A stretch of DNA of 32,000 nucleotides, from contig CAUQSD010000019.1 in assembly GCA_963520685.1 (NCBI GenBank), forward strand, positions 1 through 32,000. The letters are read 5' to 3'. Of the stretch, positions 25,133-32,000 are shown piece after piece. Under the pieces are notes generated by a model. That model was not told where the DNA came from and did not search any database. It saw nothing but the letters and a program-made list of their open reading frames with translations. Origin of the DNA: an uncultured Kingella sp. Lineage in GTDB: Bacteria; Pseudomonadota; Gammaproteobacteria; Burkholderiales; Neisseriaceae. A program made the position numbers and the translations under genes. How positions within the stretch are numbered: the stretch's first letter is position 1; the number at the start of each line of letters is the position of its first letter.

Positions 25133-25780
25133 GTGATTTATGCCAATGCGCTCGCTGCGGGCGCGTATTTTATTGTCTTTGCCGCCACCGCCTTCCGCCA
25201 TGCCCGCTTCCAATGGCTGTGGTTTTCAATCGCCCTGTGGCTCGTTGCCGGCATGTTTTCCGGACAACTGATGCCGGGCGTGCTGGGCATCACCCATTCC
25301 GCCAATCTTTATCTTGCCCATTTCTATATCTTTATCGGTAGCGTGTTTTTCTGGCTGAACGACGTTTCCGCCTATCCGCCGCCCGCCGCAGGGCAGCCTG
25401 AAAAGGCCGCACCGCGCAAAAAACACAAACCGAAGTGCTGGCAGGGGCAAGCCGGCGGCCTGCTCACCCTGTTTGCGCTGGCATCACTGGTGCAGCACAT
25501 TGCACTATTGGTTCTGGCAGCGGTGGCGTGGCAGATGCTGCACGTTTCGCTGTTTCCGTACGGCGCGTCCGCCATGCTGGAAATGTATGCCCTGCGTCCG
25601 CTGGTGTGGTTGCTGTTTACCGCGTTTTCCATGCTGGTGGCGCGGTTGCACCAAATGTGGCTGGGGCAGCCTGAAAACGTGTTTTCCGCAGACCAGATTT
25701 TCGGCGGCATCACGATTGCCCTCATCATGCAGGCGGCGTATTGCTACGAATCGCTGCTGTCCGTATTCATGCGGCATTGA
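25133..25780 (+). CDS. Hypothetical polytopic membrane protein (215 aa)
   Basis: GTG start with about six hydrophobic segments. Contains two in-frame DUS (GQPE). Confidence 0.5.
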   Translation: MIYANALAAGAYFIVFAATAFRHARFQWLWFSIALWLVAGMFSGQLMPGVLGITHSANLYLAHFYIFIGSVFFWLNDVSAYPPPAAGQPEKAAPRKKHKPKCWQGQAGGLLTLFALASLVQHIALLVLAAVAWQMLHVSLFPYGASAMLEMYALRPLVWLLFTAFSMLVARLHQMWLGQPENVFSADQIFGGITIALIMQAAYCYESLLSVFMRH

Positions 25781-25782
25781 TT

Positions 25783-26784
25783 ATGGAACAGGTTTTACAG
25801 ACGATGCGGCAGGCGCGCGTCATCCTCGCCCCGATGGCCGGCATCACCGACCGCCCGTTCCGCCAGCTTGCCCGCGAATTTGGCGCGGATTGGGCCGCAA
25901 GCGAGATGGTTACGGACAACCCGGATTTGCAGCAGACCGGCAAAACCCGCAGCCGCCAAAACCACGAAGGCGAAACCGGCATCATCGTGGTGCAGATTGC
26001 CGGCAGCAACCCCGCGCAGCTTGCCGAAGCCGCGCGCCGCAACATCGCCCTGGGCGCACAGGCGATAGACATCAACATGGGCTGCCCCGCCAAAAAAGTG
26101 TGCAACGTGCTGGCAGGCAGCGCGCTTTTGCAGAACGAAAAACTGGTTGCCGACATCCTCAACGCCGTTGTGCGCGCCTCGTCCGTGCCCGTTACCCTAA
26201 AAACCCGTTTGGGTTGGGACGAAGACAACAAAAACATCCTCCGCATCGCCAAAACCGCCGAAGACGCAGGCATCGCCGCCATCGCCATCCACGGACGCAC
26301 CCGCGCGCAGATGTACCGCGGGCAGGCGGAATACGGCCTGATTGCCGAAACCAAGCGCGCCGTGTCCCTGCCCGTATGGGCCAACGGCGACATCGACACG
26401 CCGCAGAAAGCCGCACAGGTGCTGGCGCAGACCGGCGCGGATGCCGTGATGCTCGGGCGCGGCGCGCAGGGGCAGCCGTGGCTGTTTGCCGATGTGCGCC
26501 ATTATCTGCGCCACGGCGGGCTCCCGCCGCCCCTGCCGTTTCAGGCTGCCTGCAAAACCATCCTGCGCCATCTGGCCGACATCCACGCGTTTTACGGCGC
26601 AACCGCAGGCGCGCGCATCGCCCGCAAACACATCGGCTGGTATCTGCAACGCCTGCCGGATAGCGCGGATTTCCGCCGCCGCATCAACCAAATAAACGAA
26701 GCCGCCGCCCAATACGAAGCCTTGGCGCAATATCTGCACACACAGGCGCAGCGGCACGAATACTGGTTTCGCGACTACGGCTGA
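25783..26784 (+). CDS. dusB: tRNA-dihydrouridine synthase B
   Basis: ILAPMAGITDRPFR, VQIAGSNP, IDINMGCPAKKV (catalytic Cys), HGRTR, and GRGAQGQPWLF. Confidence 0.92.
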   Translation: MEQVLQTMRQARVILAPMAGITDRPFRQLAREFGADWAASEMVTDNPDLQQTGKTRSRQNHEGETGIIVVQIAGSNPAQLAEAARRNIALGAQAIDINMGCPAKKVCNVLAGSALLQNEKLVADILNAVVRASSVPVTLKTRLGWDEDNKNILRIAKTAEDAGIAAIAIHGRTRAQMYRGQAEYGLIAETKRAVSLPVWANGDIDTPQKAAQVLAQTGADAVMLGRGAQGQPWLFADVRHYLRHGGLPPPLPFQAACKTILRHLADIHAFYGATAGARIARKHIGWYLQRLPDSADFRRRINQINEAAAQYEALAQYLHTQAQRHEYWFRDYG

Positions 26785-26882
26785 TACGGATAAACAGCCG
26801 CCGCACGCAAAAACCGGCGCGGCTGCTTTGGGATGCGGAACGCGTGGGCAGCAGATGCCGCCCCTGCGAAAGATAAAGTTTG

Positions 26883-26988
26883 TATAGTCGATTAAAATAA
26901 AAATGAGACAAGGCGGCGAGCCGCAAGGCGTACAGGTAGTACGTCAAGGCGAGCCAACGCCGTATCATTGCAATTTTAATCGACTATA
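26883..26988. repeat. Correia-like repeat-enclosed element (106 bp), second copy
   Basis: The interior is identical by eye to 23078-23183. The termini are TATAGTCGATTAA / TTAATCGACTATA, a compensated G>C change in both arms. Confidence 0.85.
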
Positions 26989-27065
26989 CAAAACAATGCT
27001 TTGTTTTTATTGGATACACGCTATAATGCCCGCCGTTTTAGTTTTATTACACCGTTTCCCCGCTT

Positions 27066-27308
27066 ATGGTTCTGACGCTTCTGTTTAGAGAATACTGCTC
27101 ACTCTGCCACGCCATGCGCGACGCGCTTGCCCCGTTTCAGGCGCAATACGGTTTCACGCTAAAAATCGTGGACGTGGACGAAGACGGGGATTTGACCGCG
27201 CGCTACAACGAACTTGTCCCCGTGCTGCTGCACGGAGAGCACGAAATCTGCCACTGGCATCTGGACGAAGCCGCCCTGCGTGCCTTTCTGGATGCCGCTG
27301 CCGGATAG
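27066..27308 (+). CDS. Glutaredoxin-like (DUF836, thioredoxin-fold) protein
   Basis: 80 aa: LTLLFREYCSLCHAM (CxxC) ... VPVL. Confidence 0.75.
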   Translation: MVLTLLFREYCSLCHAMRDALAPFQAQYGFTLKIVDVDEDGDLTARYNELVPVLLHGEHEICHWHLDEAALRAFLDAAAG

Positions 27309-27330
27309 TTTTCAGGGGGAGCGGTTTCAG

Positions 27331-27546
27331 ATTTGCGTAGTGTGGGTGTATGCCCACGCGTTTTCAGGCTGCTTTGTAATACCGGACGCGTGGGCAGCGA
27401 GTGCCCACCCTACCTTGCCAGAGAATCTGGGCAAAACGTCGGGCAGCCTGAAACACCAATTTGCGTAGGGTGGGTGTATGCCCAAGCGTTTCAGGCTGCC
27501 TTCGGATGCGCAACGCGTGGGCAGCGAGTGCCCACCCTACCTTGCC
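27331..27546 (-). repeat. Composite REP-DUS-REP (BIME-like) array, about 1.7 units of 128 bp, inverted relative to arrays at 29306 and 30731
   Basis: Units of GTAGGGTGGGTGTATGCCCA(A/C)GCG - DUS - ACGCGTGGGCAGCGAGTGCCCACCCTAC repeat with a 128-bp period (27331 vs 27459). Confidence 0.75.
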
Positions 27547-27639
27547 GAAAAAAGTTTCACCGGCAGCCTGAAACCGGCCGTCCCGCTTTCAGGCTGCCCG
27601 AGCCGCAATTTTTTGTTCGTCATGAAAGGAGTCTGTCGT

Positions 27640-29232
27640 ATGACAGCAATTACCAACTTCCTATCCGCGCAGCCGCTGTTTGCGCTGTTCGCCACCATCG
27701 CGCTGGGTTATGCCGTGGGTGCGGTCAGCGTGAAAGGGCTGTCGCTGGGTGCCGGTGCGGTGCTGTTTGTCGGGCTGGCGATGGGGGCGGTTGCCCCGCA
27801 GTCCGCACTGCCCGGCGTGTTCGGCAGCTTCGGGCTGCTGTTGTTTTTATACGGCGTGGGTATTTCCTACGGCGCGCAGTTCTTCCAAGGGCTGACCAGC
27901 CCGCTGGGGCTGAAAGCCAATGCCGCTTCGCTTGCCGGCGTGCTGGCTTCGCTGGGGCTGATGTTTCTGGCGATGAAGTTTGTGCCGGGCGTGGAGTTTG
28001 CCGAAGCCATCGGTGCGTTTGCGGGTGCGGGCACGAGTACGTCCGCCTTGCAGGCTGCTATGGCGGTTACGGGCGACAAGCTGCCGGCAACGGGTTATTC
28101 GGTTGCCTATCCTTTTGGCGTTGCCGTGCCGATTTTGTTGCTGGGGCTGTATAACAACGTCATCAAGCCGAAGTTTGCCCGCCCCGAGCGCGTGTCGCTG
28201 CGCGTGGTTGCCGTGCGCGTGGAAAACCCCGAACTGGTGGGGCACACCATGGGCTATGCAAACACGCTGCTGCCCGACGGGGTGAGCCTGAACAGTGCAA
28301 ACCGCGCGGGCAAAAGCCATGCGGTCGGGCATTTGGGTGGCTTGCAGATTGGCGACATCGTGCTGCTTTCCAGCGTGAGCAGCGAGAAGCTCGACCAGGC
28401 CGCGCCGCTTTTGGGCGCACGCTTGGGCGACAAGGTAAACCAGGTGCAGGGCGAACACGAATACCAGCGGTTGTTTGTGTCCAACCCCAACCTGCAAGGC
28501 AAAACCATTAACCAGATACGCGAAATGCTGCAACTGAACGTGAGCATCCTGCACGTGCGCCGTGTGGACACGGATATGGCGGTGTCGCAGAACCTGAAAC
28601 TGGAAATGGGCGACCAGATTGGTGTTTTGGCGCACAGCGAGCAGACGCAGGCGTTGCAGCATTTCTTCGGCGATTCCGTGCGTTCGGGCGGCGAGGTGAG
28701 CTATCTGTCTATGGGTGTGGGCGCGGCTTTGGGTCTGGCCGTGGGTTCAATCCCGCTGAGCCTGCCGGGCCTGGGCAAGTTTTCGCTGGGTTTGGCGGGG
28801 CTGCTTTTGGTTGCGCTGTATCTGGGTAAGGCGCGCAGCACGTGGCGTTTTGTGTGGAGTATGCCGCTGCCTGCCAGCCGCGTGTTCCGCGAGTTCGGGC
28901 TGGCGATATTTTTGGCGCAGGTGGGGATGTCGGCAGGTTCCACGTTTGTGGAAACGGTCTCCAAAAGCGGGCTGACTTATCTGCTTTTGGGCATTGCGCT
29001 GGTGTCGGTGCTGACTGTTACCGTGCTGCTGATTACCGTGTATGTGTTCCGCATCCCGTTTGACATGGCGGCGGGCATTGTGTCGGGGGCAACGGGCAAT
29101 CCGGCTATTTTGGCGTTCAGCAGCCGTGCGCTGGCTTCCGACAAACCCGACATCGGCTATGCGATGATTTTCCCGTCGATGACGATTGTGAAGATTCTGC
29201 TGATACAGATTATCGGCGCGATGATGAAATAG
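27640..29232 (+). CDS. AAE-family (YidE/YbjL/AspT-like) transporter with two RCK_C (TrkA_C) domains
   Basis: RBS AAAGGAG before ATG 27640. Internally duplicated membrane halves are collinear with E. coli YidE as recalled (GLSLGAGAVLFVGL..., LGLAGLLLVALYLGK..., SGATGNPAILAF). Confidence 0.8.
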   Translation: MTAITNFLSAQPLFALFATIALGYAVGAVSVKGLSLGAGAVLFVGLAMGAVAPQSALPGVFGSFGLLLFLYGVGISYGAQFFQGLTSPLGLKANAASLAGVLASLGLMFLAMKFVPGVEFAEAIGAFAGAGTSTSALQAAMAVTGDKLPATGYSVAYPFGVAVPILLLGLYNNVIKPKFARPERVSLRVVAVRVENPELVGHTMGYANTLLPDGVSLNSANRAGKSHAVGHLGGLQIGDIVLLSSVSSEKLDQAAPLLGARLGDKVNQVQGEHEYQRLFVSNPNLQGKTINQIREMLQLNVSILHVRRVDTDMAVSQNLKLEMGDQIGVLAHSEQTQALQHFFGDSVRSGGEVSYLSMGVGAALGLAVGSIPLSLPGLGKFSLGLAGLLLVALYLGKARSTWRFVWSMPLPASRVFREFGLAIFLAQVGMSAGSTFVETVSKSGLTYLLLGIALVSVLTVTVLLITVYVFRIPFDMAAGIVSGATGNPAILAFSSRALASDKPDIGYAMIFPSMTIVKILLIQIIGAMMK

Positions 29233-29291
29233 GCAGTCTGAAAACAAGGCCTCCCGTTTTGGCGGGGGGCTTTTTGTTTTTCAGGCTGCCT
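29231..29291. terminator. Degenerate DUS (AGGCAGTCTGAA) / DUS inverted pair after the transporter gene
   Basis: 29231-29242 pairs with TTCAGGCTGCCT at 29280-29291. An inner CCCCGCC-type hairpin and a T-run are present. Confidence 0.5.
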
Positions 29292-29305
29292 TAAAACAAG
29301 GGGGC

Positions 29306-29510
29306 GCGTGGGCATGAATGCCCACCCTACGCAAATCGGTGTTTCGGGCGGTGCGGCGGTTTGGTCGGGTTGTAATGGGGGTAGGGTGGGCACTTGTTAC
29401 CCTCGCGTTCGGTGTTGGGGGCAGCCTGAAACGCGTGGGCATAAATGCCTGCCCTACGCAAATTTGATGTTTCGGGGCAGCTTGGAAGCGTGGGCCTATC
29501 CACGCCGCCG
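29306..29510 (+). repeat. Composite REP-DUS-REP array (127-bp period)
   Basis: GCGTGGGCAT(G/A)AATGCC(C/T)(A/G)CCCTACGCAAAT occurs at 29306 and 29433. GTAGGGTGGGCACTTG lies between them, and there is a degenerate third unit. Confidence 0.75.
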
Positions 29511-29543
29511 AGAAACCGGTATTTCAGGCTGCCTGAACGGGGA

Positions 29544-30698
29544 TTATTCTTCGGAGAAACCGGCGGCGTATTCGGCGATGGCTTGGCGTAACGCGTCCAG
29601 CCCTTCGCCTGTGGCGGCGGAGATGCCGACGGCAACGGTTTTGCCTTCGCGGTTTTTCAGGCTGCCCCAGCGGCGTTCGGCTTGGGGCAGCAGGTCGGTT
29701 TTGTTGTAGACGAGTATCTGCGGGATGCGGTCTGCACCGATTTCCGCCAGCACGGTGTTTACGTTGTCTATTTGGCGGGCGCATTCGGGATTGGCGGCAT
29801 CGGCGGCGTGCAGCAGCACGTCTGCGAGCGCGGTTTCTTCCAATGTGGCGGCAAAGGCGGATATGAGCTGGTGCGGCAGATTCTGCACGAAACCGACCGT
29901 GTCGGTGAGGATGATGCTGGTTTGGGGGTTGAGATAGAGGCGGCGGGCGGTGGTGTCCAGCGTGGCGAAAAGCTGGTCTTTGGCGAGGGTGTCTGCTTTG
30001 GTGAGGCGGTTGAACAGGGTGGATTTGCCTGCGTTGGTGTAGCCGACGATGGCAAAGGTTTTCAGGCTGCCTGAAAGGCGGGCTTTGCGGCGGGTGGCGC
30101 GCTGTTTGCGGACTTCGGCGAGGCGGCGTTTGAGGGCGGCGATTTTGGTTTGGATGAGGCGGCGGTCGGTTTCCAGTTGGGTTTCGCCGGGGCCTTTGAG
30201 TCCGATGCCGCCTTTTTGGCTTTGCAGGTGGCCGTAGCCGCGCACGAGCCTTGCGCTAAGGTGGGTGAGCTGGGCGAGTTCTACTTGCAGGCGGCCTTCC
30301 TGCGTCTGCGCGCGCAGGGCAAAAATGGCGAGTATGAGGCCGACGCGGTCGAGCACGCGGCATTGCAGGGCTTTTTCCAGATTGCGTTCTTGGGTGGGGG
30401 TGAGTTCGTGGTTGAACACGGCGAGGTTGATGTTGTGTCCGCGCACGAGTTCGGCGAGTTCTTCGGCTTTGCCTGTGCCGACAAACAGGGCGGGATGGGG
30501 TCTGCTGCGTTTGGCGGTTTCGGTAAGGACGAGTTCGCCGCCGGTGGCACGCACGAGTTCGGCAGCTTCGGTGCAGGCAGCCTGAAAGGCGCGTTCCCGG
30601 GTTTCGTTTGAACCGGAATACTGTTCGGGCAGCATGACGCTGACGAGCATGATGCGTTCGGCGGGGGTTAGGGTTTTGTCGGCGGGGATACGGGGCAT
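29544..30698 (-). CDS. hflX: GTPase HflX
   Basis: 384 aa starting MPRIPADK. It has an HflX N-domain (LDRVGLILAIFALRAQT..GRLQVELAQL), then G1 GYTNAGKST, G3 DTVGF and G4 NKTD. The track ORF N-terminal extension (to 31112) is translated REP array and is rejected. Confidence 0.92.
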   Translation of the reverse strand: MPRIPADKTLTPAERIMLVSVMLPEQYSGSNETRERAFQAACTEAAELVRATGGELVLTETAKRSRPHPALFVGTGKAEELAELVRGHNINLAVFNHELTPTQERNLEKALQCRVLDRVGLILAIFALRAQTQEGRLQVELAQLTHLSARLVRGYGHLQSQKGGIGLKGPGETQLETDRRLIQTKIAALKRRLAEVRKQRATRRKARLSGSLKTFAIVGYTNAGKSTLFNRLTKADTLAKDQLFATLDTTARRLYLNPQTSIILTDTVGFVQNLPHQLISAFAATLEETALADVLLHAADAANPECARQIDNVNTVLAEIGADRIPQILVYNKTDLLPQAERRWGSLKNREGKTVAVGISAATGEGLDALRQAIAEYAAGFSEE

Positions 30699-30730
30699 GG
30701 TTTTTTTATGTGGGGTTTTGAGGTGGCAAA

Positions 30731-30973
30731 GTAGGGTGGACACTTGCTGCCTATGCGTTTGGTGTTGCGGGGCAGCCTGGAACGCGTGGGCATAAATGCC
30801 CACCCTACACAAATTGGTGTTGCGGGTGGTGGGGCGGTTTGGTCGGATTGCAACTGGGTAGGGTGGGCACTTGCTGCCCACGCGTTTGGTGTTGTGGAGC
30901 AGCCTAGAACGCGTGGGCATAAATGCCCGCCCTACGCGAATCGGTGTTTCGGATGGTGCGGCGGTTTGGCGGG
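30731..30973 (+). repeat. Composite REP-DUS-REP array (about 1.9 units, 127-bp period)
   Basis: GTAGGGTGG(A/G)CACTTGCTGCC occurs at 30731 and 30858. Same orientation and about 90% similar by eye to the array at 29306-29510. The DUS inside the units is degenerate (CAGCCTGGAA, CAGCCTAGAA). Confidence 0.75.
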
Positions 30974-30975
30974 TT

Positions 30976-32000
30976 TCAGGCTGCCTTGCGCTGCATGGCG
31001 GCGGCGAAGAATGCGTCTGTGCCGTGTTCGGCGGTATCCGGTTGCAGATAGGTTCCCGTGTCCAGCGGGATTTTTTGTGCGCGCAGGATTTCGGCGGCAT
31101 CGAGCAGTTCAAAGTCGGGGTTGTTCTGCAAAAAGCGTTCTATTTGGGCTTCGTTTTCTTCGGGCAGGATGCTGCATGTGGCGTAAACCAGCCGCCCGCC
31201 TGTGCGCACGAGTGCGGCGGCGGCGTGCAAAATGCTTTGCTGTTGGGCTTGCAAGCTGGCAAGGGTGTCGGGCGATTGGCGGTATTTTAGGTCGGGATTG
31301 CGGCGCAGTGTGCCCAGCCCCGAGCAGGGCGCATCCACCAGCACGCGGTCGGCTTTGCCTGCCAGTCTGGCGATGCGCGGGTCGGTTTCGCTGTGGATTT
31401 TTTCGGGGTGGATGTTGGTTAGCCCTGCGCGGGTCATGCGTGGTTTTAGGTTGGCAAGGCGTTTTTCGGATACGTCAAAGGCGTAGATGCGCCCTTTGTT
31501 TGCCATTTGCGCGCCGATGGCTAGGGTTTTGCCGCCTGCGCCTGCGCAAAAATCTACGATGATTTCGCCGCGTTTGGCGTTCACCAGCTGGGCGAGCAGT
31601 TGGCTGCCTTCGTCTTGCACTTCTATGGTGCCGTCTAAAAACAGCGGGTGTTGGTTGAGCGCGGGCTTGTTGGGGAAGCGGATGCCGTGCGGGGCGAGTG
31701 GGGTGGCGATGGCTTGCGGGTAGTCGGCTTGCAGTTGGGCAAGGGCTTTGTCGCGCTTGCTGTTAAGCGTGTTCACGCGCACGTCCAGCGGGGCGGGCTG
31801 GGTGATGCTGCGTCCGAAAGCGAGAATTTGTTCATCGGTGAGATGCTGTTGTAAGCGGGCAATCAGCCAGTCGGGCAGCTCGGCGGCGGTGTTTAGGCAG
31901 CCTGAAAATTCGTTTTTGCGGGCTTTCAGGCTGCTGAGTAATTCTTTTTCGTTGTCGGCGCGGTTGAGCAAATCTTCAATTTGGCTGATGCTGACGCTGC
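30976..32000 (-). CDS. rsmB: 16S rRNA (cytosine967-C5)-methyltransferase RsmB, C-terminal about 340 aa (5' end probably beyond the window)
   Basis: VQDEGSQL, DFCAGAGGKT (SAM motif), DAPCSGLGTLRRNPD (catalytic Cys) and YATCSILPEENE. RsmB is usually about 420-450 aa, so the N-terminal NusB-like domain lies outside the window. Confidence 0.88.
   Translation of the reverse strand, partial: SVSISQIEDLLNRADNEKELLSSLKARKNEFSGCLNTAAELPDWLIARLQQHLTDEQILAFGRSITQPAPLDVRVNTLNSKRDKALAQLQADYPQAIATPLAPHGIRFPNKPALNQHPLFLDGTIEVQDEGSQLLAQLVNAKRGEIIVDFCAGAGGKTLAIGAQMANKGRIYAFDVSEKRLANLKPRMTRAGLTNIHPEKIHSETDPRIARLAGKADRVLVDAPCSGLGTLRRNPDLKYRQSPDTLASLQAQQQSILHAAAALVRTGGRLVYATCSILPEENEAQIERFLQNNPDFELLDAAEILRAQKIPLDTGTYLQPDTAEHGTDAFFAAAMQRKAA

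Noticed and set aside
27331-27600. CRISPR array, because of regularly spaced palindromic repeats (also at 29306-29510 and 30731-30973).
   Set aside because: The period is about 127 bp and the intervening sequences are themselves repeated rather than unique spacers. The units are REP-type palindromes with embedded DUS, and no cas genes or leader are present.
30699-31112. N-terminal extensions of track ORFs: hflX to 31112, tmk to 12155, response regulator from 12640, dapF from 23972, transporter from 27478, ACT gene from 15680 and dusB from 25741.
   Set aside because: The extensions translate REP arrays, MITEs, DUS or upstream gene ends (for example the repeated peptides GRAFMPTRS and RVLRCYCFE). 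Internal ATGs with good Shine-Dalgarno sequences and conserved N-termini fit the known families.

Overview
The window is a high-GC (about 60% by eye) Neisseriaceae-type chromosome segment. It is saturated with a DNA uptake sequence of the GCAGCCTGAA / AGGCAGCCTGAA dialect: I count about 44 exact 10-mer cores, many as inverted pairs acting as terminators. From memory this is the Kingella denitrificans-type dialect rather than the classical Neisseria GCCGTCTGAA. The segment also carries Correia-like elements, a 145-bp MITE family and composite REP/BIME-like arrays. Positions ~210-8629 are a low-GC filamentous (Inoviridae, Nf/MDA-like) prophage inserted between the grxB stop codon and its terminator. 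Its gene order is Rep_trans initiator, SSB-sized ORF, major coat, g3p-like adsorption protein, g6p-like protein and Zot/pI ATPase. It then has an antisense TonB-C-domain cargo gene and, at the right end, an IS110/Piv-family DEDD recombinase preceded by a 270-nt structured non-coding leader. That recombinase plus leader is my best candidate for the interesting system: a possible bridge-RNA-guided recombinase using a whole phage genome as cargo. The rest is mostly housekeeping: grxB, slt/ltgA, tmk, a DUF465 gene, an OmpR-type two-component pair, an MFS exporter, rnm, dapF, dusB, a glutaredoxin-like gene, an AAE-family transporter, hflX and rsmB. One exception is a 4-gene insertion (membrane protein, low-GC unknown, ADP-ribosylglycohydrolase, NYN+LOTUS protein) that splits an ACT(UPF0237)-UPF0210 gene pair. 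All functional calls rest on motifs I recognise in the translations; no database search was run.
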